From: Neoechinorhynchus agilis
Lineage: Eukaryota; Animalia; Acanthocephala
Length of the DNA: 64,000 nucleotides
Assembly (NCBI GenBank): GCA_051530055.1
Contig: CM121342.1
Span: forward strand, 15,453,480-15,517,479
Direction: 5' to 3'
A program made the translations under genes and the position numbers. A model generated the notes under the pieces. The model saw only the letters and a program-made list of their open reading frames with translations, made no database searches and was not told the DNA's origin. Positions 49,501 through 61,222 of this stretch are shown in pieces. Each line of letters starts with the position of its first letter. Position 1 is the stretch's first letter.

Positions 49501-52500
49501 ATCTCTTACATCCTATAATTATCGATATGCTGTAAGAAATGCGCGTCGGAGATGCAACAAATGCGTAATGTCTTCCTCTGCAAGTGTCGAGATATTGTTG
49601 AAGAACAGCGCGTTAGAGACACAACAAAATTGTTACGTCTGCTTCCATAAATATTGAGATATCTCTGTACGAAATGCGCGTCGGAGATACAAGAACTGCG
49701 TTACATCTGTCTCTATAATTATCAAGATATTGCTGTAAGAAATGCGCGTCGGAGAGGCAACAACTGCGTGATGTCTGCCTCTGCAAGAGTCGATATATTG
49801 CTAAAGAACAGCGCGTTAGAGACACAACAAAATTGTTACGTCTGCTTCCATAAATATTGAGATATCTCTGTACGAAATGCGCGTCGGAGATACAAGAACT
49901 GCGTTACATCTTCTCTATAATTATCAAGATATTGCTGTAAGAAATGCGCGTCGGAGATGCAACAAATGCGTGATGTCTCCTCTGCAAGTGTCGAGATATT
50001 GTTGAAGAACAGCGCGTTAGAGACACAACAAAATTGTTACGTCTGCTTCCATAAATATTGAGATATCTCTTTACGAAATGCGCGTCGGAGATACAAGAAC
50101 TGCGTTACATCTGTCTCTATAATTATCAAGATATTGCTGTAAGAAATGCGCGTCGGAGATGCAACAAATGCGTAATGTCTTCCTCTGCAAGTGTCGAGAT
50201 ATTGTTGAAGAACAGCGCGTTAGAGACACAACAAAATTGTTACGTCTGCTTCCATAAATATTGAGATATCTCTGTACGAAATGCGCGTCGGAGATACAAG
50301 AACTGCGTTACATCTGTCTCTATAATTATCAAGATATTGCTGTAAGAAATGCGCGTCGGAGATGCAACAAATGCGTGATGTCTACCTCTGCAAGTGTCGA
50401 GATATTGTCGAAGAACAGCGCGTTAGAGACACAACAAAATTGTTACGTCTGCTTCCATAAATATTGCGATATCTCTGTACGAAATGCGCGTCGGAGATAC
50501 AAGAACTGCGTTACATCTGCTTCTATAATTATCAAGATATTGCTGTAAGAAATGCGCGTCGGAGATGCAACAAATGCGTAATGTCTTCCTCTGCAAGTGT
50601 CGAGATATTGTTGAAGAACAGCGCGTTAGAGACACAACAAAATTGTTACGTCTGCTTCCATAAATATTGCGATATCTCTGTACGAAATGCGCGTCGGAGA
50701 TACAAGAACTGCGTTACATCTGCTTCTATAATTATCAAGATATTGCTGTAAGAAATGCGCGTCGGAGATGCAACAAATGCGAAATGTCTTCCTCTGCAAG
50801 TGTCGAGATATTGTTGAAGAACAGCGCGTTAGAGACACAACAAAATTGTTACGTCTGCTTCCATAAATATTGAGATATCTCTGTACGAAATGCGCGTCGG
50901 AGATACAAGAACTGCGTTACATCTGTCTCTATAATTATCAAGATATTGCTGTAAGAAATGCGCGTCGGAGATGCAACAAATGCGTGATGTCTTCCTCTGC
51001 AAGTGTCGAGATATTGTTGAAGAACAGCGCGTTAGAGACACAACAAAATTGTTACGTCTGCTTCCATAAATATTGAGATATCTCTGTACGAAATGCGCGT
51101 CGGAGATACAAGAACTGCGTTACATCTGTCTCTATAATTATCAAGATATTGCTGTAAGAAATGCGCGTCGGAGATGCAACAAATGCGTGATGTCTACCTC
51201 TGCAAGTGTCGAGATATTGCTAAAGAACAGCTAGAGACACAACAAATTGTTACGTCTGCTTCCATAAATATTGCGATATCTCTGTACGAAATACGCGTCG
51301 GAGATACAAGAACTGCGTTACATCTATCTCTATAATTATCCGGATATTGCTGTAAGAAATGCGCGTCGGAGATGCAACAAATGCGTGATGTCTACCTCTG
51401 CAAGTGTCGAGATATTGTCGAAGAACAGCGCGTTAGAGAAACAACAAAATTGTTACGTCTGCTTCCATAAATATTGCGATATCTCTGTACGAAATGCGCG
51501 TCGGAGATACAAGAACTGCGTTACATCTGCTTCTATAATTATCAAGATATTGCTGTAAGAAATGCGCGTCGGAGATGCAACAAATGCGAAATGTCTTCCT
51601 CTGCAAGTGTCGAGATATTGTTGAAGAACAGCGCGTTAGAGACACAACAAAATTGTTACGTCTGCTTCCATAAATATTGCGATATCGCTGTACGAAATGC
51701 GCGTCGGAAATACAAGAACTGCGTTACATCTGCTTCTATAATTATCAAGATATTGCAGTAAGAAATGCGCGTCGGAGATGCAACAAATGCGAAATGTCTT
51801 CCTCTGCCAGTGTCGAGATATTGTTGAAGAACAGCGCGTTAGAGACACAAAAAAATTGTTACGTCTGCTTCCATAAATATTGAGATATCTCTGTACGAAA
51901 TGCGCGTCGGAGGTACAAGAACTGCGTTACATCTGTCTCTATAATTATCAAGATATTGCTGTAAGAAATGCGCGTCGGAATGCAACAAATGCGTAATGTC
52001 TTCCTCTGCAAGTGTCGAGATATTGTTGAAGAACAGCGCGTTAGAGACACAACAAAATTGTTACGTCTGCTTCCATAAATATTGCGATATCTCTGTACGA
52101 AATACGCGTCGGAGATACAAGAACTGCGTTACATCTATCTCTATAATTATCCGGATATTGCTGTAAGAAATGCGCGTCGGAGATGCAACAAATGCGTGAT
52201 GTCTACCTCTGCAAGAGTCGATATATTGCTAAAGAACAGCGCGTTAGAGAGACAACAAAATTGTTACGTCTGCTTCCATAAATATTGCGATATCTCTGTA
52301 CGAAATACGCGTCGGAGATACAAGAACTGCGTTACATCTATCTCTATAATTATCCGGATATTGCTGTAAGAAATGCGCGTCGGAGATGCAACAAATGCGT
52401 GATGTCTACCTCTGCAAGTGTCGAGATATTGTTGAAGAACAGCGCGTTAGAGACACAACAAAATTGTTACGTCTGCTTCCATAAATATTGAGATATCTCT

Positions 52501-55500
52501 GTACGAAATGCGCGTCGGAGATACAAGAACTGCGCTACATCTGTCTCTATAATTATCAAGATATTGCTGTAAGAAATGCGCGTCGGAGATGCAACAACTG
52601 CGTGATGTATGCCTCTGCAAGTGTCGAGATATTGTTGAAGAACAGCGCGTTAGAAACACAACAAAATTGTTACGTCTGCTTCCTTAAATATTGAGATATC
52701 TCTGTACGAAATACGCGTCGGAGATACAAGAACTGCGTTACATCTATCTCTATAATTATCCGGATATTGCTGTAAGAAATGCGCGTCGGAGATGCAACAA
52801 ATGCGTGATGTCTACCTCTGCAAGTGTCGAGATATTGGAAGAACAGCGCGTTAGAGACACAACAAAATTGTTACGTCTGCTTCCATAAATATTGCGATAT
52901 CTCTGTACGAAATGCGCGTCGGAGATACAAGAACTGCGTTACATCTGCTTCTATAATTATCAAGATATTGCTGTAAGAAATGCGCGTCGGAGATGATACA
53001 AATGCGTAATGTCTTCCTCTGCAAGTGTCGAGATATTGATCAAGAACAGCGCGTTAGAGACACAACAAAATTGTTACGTCTTCTTCCATAAATGCTGAGA
53101 TATCTCTGTACGAAATGCGCGTCGGAGAAAAAAGAACTGCGTTACATCTGTCTCTATAATTATCAAGATATTGCTGTTAAGAAAGGCGCGTCGGAGATGC
53201 AACAACTGCGTGATGTCTGCTTCTGCAAGTGTCGAGATATTGTTGAAGAACAGCGCGTTAGAGACGCAACAAAATTGTTACGTCTGCTTCCATAAATTCT
53301 GAGATATCTCTGTACGAAATGCGCGTCGGAGATACAAATACTGCGCTACATCTGCTTCTATAATTATCAAGATATTGCTGTAAGAAATGCGCGTCGGAGA
53401 TACAGCAAAATTCGTAATGTCTTCCTCTGCAAGTGTCGAGATATTGTTGAAGAACAGCGCGTTAGAGACACAACAATATTGTTACGTCTGCTACCATAAA
53501 TATTGAGATATCTCTGTACGAAGTGCGCGTCGGAGATACAAGAACTGCGTTACATCTGCCTCTATAATTGTCAAAATATTGCTGTAAGAAATGCGCGTCG
53601 GAGATGCAAAAAATGCGTGATGTCTGCCTCTGCAAGTGTAGAGATATTGTTAAAGAACAGCGCGTTAGAGACACAACAAAATTGTTACGCCTGCTTCCAT
53701 AAATTCTGAGGTATCTCTGTACGAAATGCGCGTCGGAGATAAAAGAACTGCGTTACATCTGCTTCTATAATTATCAAGATATTGCTGTAAGAAATGCGCG
53801 TCGGAGATGCAACAAATGCGTAATGTCTTCCTCTGCAAATGTCGAGATATTGATCAAGAACAGCGCGTTAGAGACACAACAAAATTGTTACGTCTGCTTC
53901 CATAAATATCAAGATATTGCTGTAAGAAATGCGCGTCGGAGATAAAAGAACTGCGCTACATCTGTCTCTATAATTATCAAGATATTGCTGTAAGAAATGC
54001 GCGTCGGAGATGCAACAACTGCGTGATGTCTGCCTCTGCATGTGTCGAGATATTGTTGAAGAACAGCGCGTTAGAGACACAACAAAATTGTTACGTCTGC
54101 TTCCTTAAATATTGAGATATCTCTGTACGAAATACGCGTCGGAGATACAAGAACTGCGTTACATCTATCTCTATAATTATCAGGATATTGCTGTAAGAAA
54201 TGCGCGTCGGAGATGCTACAAATGCGTAATGTCTTCCTCTGCAAGTGTCGAGATATTGTTGAAGAACAGCGCGTTAGAGACACAACAAAATTGTTACGTC
54301 TGCTTCCATAAATATTGAGATATCTCTGTACGAAATGCGCGTCGGAGATAAGAGAACTGCGTTACATCTGTCTCCATAATTATCAAGATATTGCTGTAAG
54401 AAATGCGCGTCGGAGATGCAACAAATGCGTGATGTCTACCTCTGCAAGTGACGAGATATTGTCGAAGAACAGCGCGTTAGTGACACAACAAAATTGTTAC
54501 GTCTGCTTCCATAAATATTGCGATATCTCTGTACGAAATGCGCGTCGGAGATACAATAACTGCGTTACATCTGCTTCTATTATTATCAAGATATTGCTGT
54601 AAGAAATGCGCGTCGGAGATGCAACAAATGCGTGATGTCGGCCTCTGCAAGTGTCGAGATATTGTTAAAGAACAGCGCGTTAGAGACACAACAAAATTGT
54701 TACGTCTGCTTCCATAAATTCTGAGATATCTCTGTACGAAATGCGCGTCGGAGAAAAAAGAACTGCGTTTCATCTGTCTCGTTAATTATCAAGATATTGC
54801 TGTAAGAAATGCGCGTCGCAGATGCAACAACTGCGTGATGTCTGCTTATGCAAGTGTCGAGATATTGTTAAAGAACAGCGCGTTAGAGACACAACAAAAT
54901 TGTTACGTCTGCTTCCATAAATTCTGAGATATCTCTGTACGAAATGCGCGTCGGAGATACAAATACTGGGTTACATCTGCTTCTATAATTATCAAGATAT
55001 TGCTGTAAGAAATGCGCGTCGGAGATGCAACAAATGCGTAATGTCTTCCTCTGCAAGTGTCGAGATATTGTTGAAGAACAGCGCGTTAGAGACACAACAA
55101 AATTGTTACGTCTGCTTCAATAAATATTGAGATATCTCTGCACGAAATGCGCGTCGGAGATAAAAGAACTGCGTTACATCTGCCTTTATAATTATCAAGA
55201 TATTGCTGAAAGAAATGCGCGTCGGAGATGCAACAAATGCGTGATGTCTGCCTCTGCAAGTGTCGAGATATTGTTAAAGAAAAGCGCGTTAGAGACACAA
55301 CAAAATTGTTACGTCTGCTTCCATAAATTCTGAGATATCTCTGTACGAAATGCGCGTCGGAGATACAAGAACTACGTTACATCTGTCTCTATAATTATCA
55401 AGATATTGCTGTAAGAAATGCGCGTGGGAGATGCAACAAATGCGTGATGTCTACCTCTGCAAGTGTCGAGATATTGTTGAAGAACAGCGCGTTAGAGACC

Positions 55501-58500
55501 CAACAAAATTGTTACGTCTGCTTCCATAAATTCTGAGATATTTCAGTACGAAATGCGCGTCGGAGATACAAGAACTGCGTTACATCTGTCTCTATAATAA
55601 ACAAGATATTGCTGTAAGAAATGCGCGTCGGAGATGAAACAACTGCTTGATGTCTACCTCTGCAAGTGTCGAGATATTGTCGAAGAACAACGCGTTAGAG
55701 ACACAACAAAATTGTTACGTCTGCTTTGATAAGTTTTGAGATATCTCTGTAAGAAATGCGCGTCGGACATATAAGAACTGCGTTACATCTGTCTCTATAA
55801 TTATCAAGATATTGCTGTAAGAAATGCGCGTCGGAGATACAAGAACTGCGTTACATCTGCTTCTATAATTATCAAGATATTGCTGTAAGAAATGCGCGTC
55901 GGAGATACAGGAACTACGTTACATCTGTCTCTATAATTATCAAGATATTGCTGTAAGAAATGCGCGTCGGAGATGCAACAAATGCGTAATGTCTTCCTCT
56001 GCAAGTGTCGAGATATTGTTGAAGAACAGCGCGTCAGAGACACAATAAAATTGTTACGCCTGCTTCCATAAATATTGAGATATCTCTGTACGAAATGCGC
56101 GTCGGAGATACAATAACTGCTTTACATCTGCCTCTATAATTATCAAGATATTGCTGTAAGAAATGCGCGTCGGAGATGCAACAAATGTGTGATGTCGGCC
56201 TCTGCAAGTGTCGAGATATTGTTAAAGAACAGCGCGTTAGAGACACAACAAAATTGTTACGTCTGCTTCCATAAATTCTGAGATATCTCTGTACGAAATG
56301 CGCGTCGGAGAAAAAAGAACTGCGTTACATCTGTCTCTATAATTATCAAGATATTGCTGTAAGAAATGCGCGTCGGAGATGCAACAACTGCGTGATGTCT
56401 GCTTATGCAAGTGTCGAGATATTGTTGAAGAACAGCGCGTTAGAGACACAACAAAATTGTTACGTCTGCTTCCATAAATTCTGAGATATCTCTGTACGAA
56501 ATGCGCGTCGGAGATACAAATACTGCGTTACATCTGCTTCTATAATTATCAAGATATTGCTGTAAGAAATGCGCGTCGGAGATGCAACAAATGCGTAATG
56601 TCTTCCTCTGCAAGTGTCGAGATATTGTTGAAGAACAGCGCGTTAGAGACACAACAAAATTGTTACGTCTGCTTCAATAAATATTGAGATATCTCTGCAC
56701 GAAATGCGCGTCGGAGATACAAGAACTGCGTTACATCTGCCTCTATAATTATCAAGATATTGCTGCAAGAAATGCGCGTCGGAGATGCAACAAATGCGTG
56801 ATGTCTGCCTCTGCAAGTGTCGAGATATTGTTAAAGAAAAGCGCGTTAGAGACACAACAAAATTGTTACGTCTGCTTCCATAAATTCTGAGATATCTCTG
56901 TACGAAATGCGCGTCGGAGATAAAAGAACTGCGTTGCATCTGTCTCTATAATTATCAAGATATTGCTGTAAGAAATGCGCGTCGGAGATGCAACAACTGC
57001 GTGATGTCTGCCTCTGCAAGTGTCGAGATATTGTTGAAGAACAGCGCGTTAGAGACACAACAAAATTGTTACGTCTGCTTCCATAAATTCTGAGATATTT
57101 AAGTACGAAATGCGCGTCGGAGATACAACAACTGCGTAACATCTGTCTCTATAATAAACAAGATATTGCTGTAAGAAATGCGCGTCGGAGATGAAACAAC
57201 TGCGTGATGTCTACCTCTGCAAGTGTCGAGATATTGTCGAAGAACAACGCGTTAGAGACACAACAAAATTGTTACGTCTGCTTCGATAAATTTTGAGATA
57301 TCTCTGTAAGAAATGCGCGTCGGACATATAAGAACTGCGTTACATCTGTCTCTATAATTATCAAGATATTGCTGTAAGAAATGCGCGTCGGAGATACAAG
57401 AACTGCGTTACATCTGCTTCTGTAATTATCAAGATATTGCTGTAAGAAATGCGCGTCGGAGATACAAGAACTACGTTACATCTGTCTCTATAATTATCAA
57501 GATATTGCTGTAAGAAATGCGTGTGGGAGATGCAACAAATGCGTAAATTCTTCCTCTGCAAGTGTCGAGATATTGTTGAAGAACAGCGCGTTAGAGACAC
57601 AACAAAATTGTTACGTCTGCTTCCATAAATATTGAGATATCTCTGTACGAAATGCGCGTCGGAGATACAAGAACTGCGTTACATCTGTCTCTATAATTAT
57701 CAAGATATTGCTGTAACAAATGCGCGTCGGAGATGCAACAAATGCGTAATGTCTTCCTCTGCAATTGTCGAGATATTGTTGAAGAACAGCGCGTTAGAGA
57801 CATAACAAAATTGTTACGTCTGCTTCCATAAATATTGAGATATGTCTGTACGAAATGCGCGTCGGAGATACAAGAACTGTGTTACATCTGTCTCTATAAT
57901 TATCAAGATATTGCTGTAAGAAATGCGCGTCGGAGATGCAACAAATGCGTAATGTCTTCCTCTGCAAGTGTCGAGATATTGTTGAAGAACAGCGCGTTAG
58001 CGACACAACAAAATTGTTACGTCTGCTTCCACAAATATTGAGATATCTCTGTACGAAATGCGCGTCGGATATACAAGAACTGCGTTACATCTGTCTCTAT
58101 AATTATATAGATATTGCTGTAAGAAATGCGCGTCGGGATGCAACAACTGCGTAATGTCTTCCTCTGCAAGTGTCGAGATATTGTTGAAGAACAGCGCGTT
58201 AGAGACACAAAAAAATTGTTACGTCTGCTTCCATAAATATTGAGATATCTCCGTACGAAATGCGCGTCGGAGATACAAGAACTGCGTTACATCTGTCTCT
58301 ATAATTATCAAGATATTGCTGTAAGAAATGCGCGTCGGAGATGCAACAACTGCGTGATGTCTACCTCTGCAAGTGTCGAGATATTGTCGAAGAACAGCGC
58401 GTTAGCGACACAACAAAATTGTTACGTCTGCTTCCATAAATATTACGATATCTCTGTACGAAATGCGCATCGGAGATACAATAACTGCGTTACATCTGCT

Positions 58501-60437
58501 TCTATTATTATCAAGATAATGCTGTAAGAAATTCGCGTCGGAGATGCAACAAATGCGTAATGTCTTCCTCTGCAAGTGTCGAGATATTGTTGAAGAACAG
58601 CGCGTTAGAGACACAACAAAATTGTTACGTCTGCTTCCATAAATATTTAGATATCTCTGTACGAAATGCGCGTCGGAGATACAAGAACTGCTTTACATCT
58701 GCCTCTATTATTATCAAGATATTGCTGTAAGAAATGCGCGTCGGAGATGCAACAAATGCGTAATGTCTTCCTCTGCAAGTGTCGAGATATTGTTGAAGAA
58801 CAGCGCGTTAGAGACACAACAAAACTGTTACGTCTGCTTCCATAAATATTGAGATATCTCTGTACGAGATGCGCGTCGGAGATACAAGAACTGCTTTGCA
58901 TCTGCCTCTATAATTATCAAGATATTGCTGTAAGAAGTGCGCGTCGGAGATGCAACAAATGCGTGATGTCTGCCTCATCAAGTGTCGAGATATTGTTAAA
59001 GAACAGCGCGTTAGAGACGCAACAAAATTGTTACGTCTGCTTCCATAAATTCTGAGATATTTCTGTACGAAATGCGCGTCGGAGATACAAGAACTGCGTT
59101 TCATCTGTCTCTATAATAAACAAGATATTGCTGTAAGAAATGCGCGTCGGAGATGAAACAACTGCGTGATGTCTACCTCCTCAATTGTCGAGATATTGTT
59201 AAAGAACAGCGCGTTAGAGATACAACAAAATTGTTACGTCTGCTTCCATAAATTCTGAGATATCTCTGTACGAAATGCGCATCGGAGATAAAAGAACTGC
59301 GTTACATCTGTCTCTATAATTGTCAAGATATTGCTGTAAGAAATGCGCGTCGGAGATGCAACAACTGCGTGATGTCTGCTTCTGCAAGTGTCGAGATATT
59401 GTTGAAGAACAGCGCGTTAGAGACACAACAAAATTGTTACGTCTGCTTCCATAAATTCTGAGATATCTCTGTACGAAATGCGCGTCGGAGAATCAAATAC
59501 TGCGTTACATCTGCTTCTATAATTATTAAGATTTTGCTGTAAGAAATGCGCGTCGGAGATGCAACAAATGCGTAATGTCTTCCTCTGCAAGTGTCGAGAT
59601 ATTGTTGAAGAACAGCGCGTTAGAGACACAACAAAATTGTTACGCCTGCTTCCATAAATATTGAGATATCTCTGTACGAAATGCGCGTCGGAGATACAAG
59701 AACTGCGTTACATCTGTCTCTATAATTATCAAGATATTGCTGTAAGAAATGCGCGTCGGAGATGCAACAAATGCGTGATGTCTACCTCTGCAAGTGTCGA
59801 AATATTGTCGAAGAACAGCGCGTTTGAGACACAACAAAATTGTTAAGTCTGCTTCCATAAATATTGAGATATCTCTGTACGAAATGCGCGTCAGAGATAC
59901 AAGAACTGCGTTACATCTGTCTCTATAATTATCAAGATATTGCTGTAAGAAATGCGCGTCGGAGATGCAACAAATGCGTAATGTCTTCCTCTGCAATTGT
60001 CGAGATATTGTTGAAGAACAGCGCGTTAGAGACACAACAAAATTGTTACGTCTGCTTCCATAAATATTGAGATATGTCTGTACGAAATGCGCGTCGGAGT
60101 TTAAGAACTGCGTTACATCTGTCTCTATAATTATCAAGATATTGCTGTAAGAAATGCGCGTCGGAGATGCAACAACTGCGTGATGTCTACCTCTGCAAGT
60201 GTCGAGATATTGTCGAAGAACAGCGCGTTAGAGACACAACAAAATTGTTACGTCTGCTTCCATAAATAATGCGATATCTCTGTACGAAATGCGCGTCGGA
60301 GATACAATAACTGCATTACATCTGCTTCTATTATTATCAAGATACTGCTGTAAGAAATGCGCGTCGGAGATGCAACAAATGCGTAATGTCTACCTCTGCA
60401 AGTGTCGAGATATTGTTGAAGAACAGCGCGTTAGAGA
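28540..60437. repeat. Tandem satellite array, 203-bp monomer (67+68+68 subunits), about 157 copies, single orientation
   Basis: ORF starts recur every 203 bp. Subunit A TCGAGATATTGTTGAAGAACAGCGCGTTAGAGAC.., B TTGAGATATCTCTGTACGAAATGCGCGTCGGAGATAC.., C TCAAGATATTGCTGTAAGAAATGCGCGTCGGAGATGC... Confidence 0.98.
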
Positions 60438-60473
60438 TTGAGTTTTCCTTAAAAGTATTAGAACACATTCTCC

Positions 60474-60905
60474 GTGTACGATGTCACTTCAGCATCATCT
60501 TTCAACTCGCTTGATTCTTGGAAGGACGAATTCTTGGCTCAGGCTGCTCCACGGTCCCCCGAGGAGTTTCCGTTCATTTGCGTAGGCAATAAGATCGATG
60601 TGAACGAAGAGGAAAGGGTCGTAACGAACAGAAAAGCTCAACAATGGTGTTCAGACAAGGATCTTCCTTATATCGAGACGAGTGCAAAGAGTGGCACCGC
60701 AGTAGCCACGGCTTTTGATTGCATTGCGAGAAAGGCAATTGAACGAATCGAAAAGGAAGAACTGACTGATGCTAACTTCAACGCTGATTACACGAGACCC
60801 GTCACCTTGGCGGGTTCGTCCACCGTTAACGGACGAGTTGATATCAGCGGTGGAAACCGGTCCGGAGGTTCAATGATACGATCAAAGGAGACATGTAATT
60901 GCTAG
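60474..60905 (+). CDS. RAB7: Rab7 GTPase, C-terminal about 60% only (5' part not found in the window)
   Basis: VYDVT..SF.SLDSWKDEFL.QA.PR.PE.FPF...GNKID, YIETSAK, AF..IAR.A and a terminal CNC prenylation motif. The G1-G3 motifs are absent upstream. Confidence 0.9.
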   Translation: MYDVTSASSFNSLDSWKDEFLAQAAPRSPEEFPFICVGNKIDVNEEERVVTNRKAQQWCSDKDLPYIETSAKSGTAVATAFDCIARKAIERIEKEELTDANFNADYTRPVTLAGSSTVNGRVDISGGNRSGGSMIRSKETCNC

Positions 60906-61222
60906 ATGGACAATTTTTGTGTGTGTTTGAGATGGAGCGACAGAAATATAAAACCTATACGAGAATTAAAATAAACATTATCCCTAAACACCAGTTTTTG
61001 TCCATTGGCACCGAAAGTCCCTCCATCGCCACCAGCATTGTTCAATTGCTCATCTTAAATGACTAATTTTGCAACCATAGAACACTGTCGACAAAATCTC
61101 ACCAGGTTGTCTGGTTCACTTCATCAAGAGAGCGGAGTCACGAGGAAAGCTCTTTCGCTCAAACGAAAAAGTAGTCTTACTCACCTTGGCGGAAGCTTTT
61201 AAGCTCATCGAAATGCTCATAT

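Noticed and set aside
28573-60137. Hundreds of 68-70-aa Cys-rich ORFs (CTKC, CNKC, CYVC) on both strands of the array, with TTGA stop/start overlaps
   Set aside because: They start at TTG or GTG, not ATG; 203 is not a multiple of 3 so frames rotate; indels and stops occur freely among monomers. The overlap is arithmetic (207-4). A monomer-level test for stop avoidance or dN/dS, or ribosome profiling, could reopen this.
28540-60437. CRISPR array
   Set aside because: No unique spacers, the whole unit is repeated, no cas genes, and the context is eukaryotic.
28540-60437. Satellite as a retrozyme (the minus strand has TTGATAA like the ribozyme core)
   Set aside because: TTGATAA is followed by TTATAGAAG with no stem II and no GAAA; I could not build a hammerhead on either strand.
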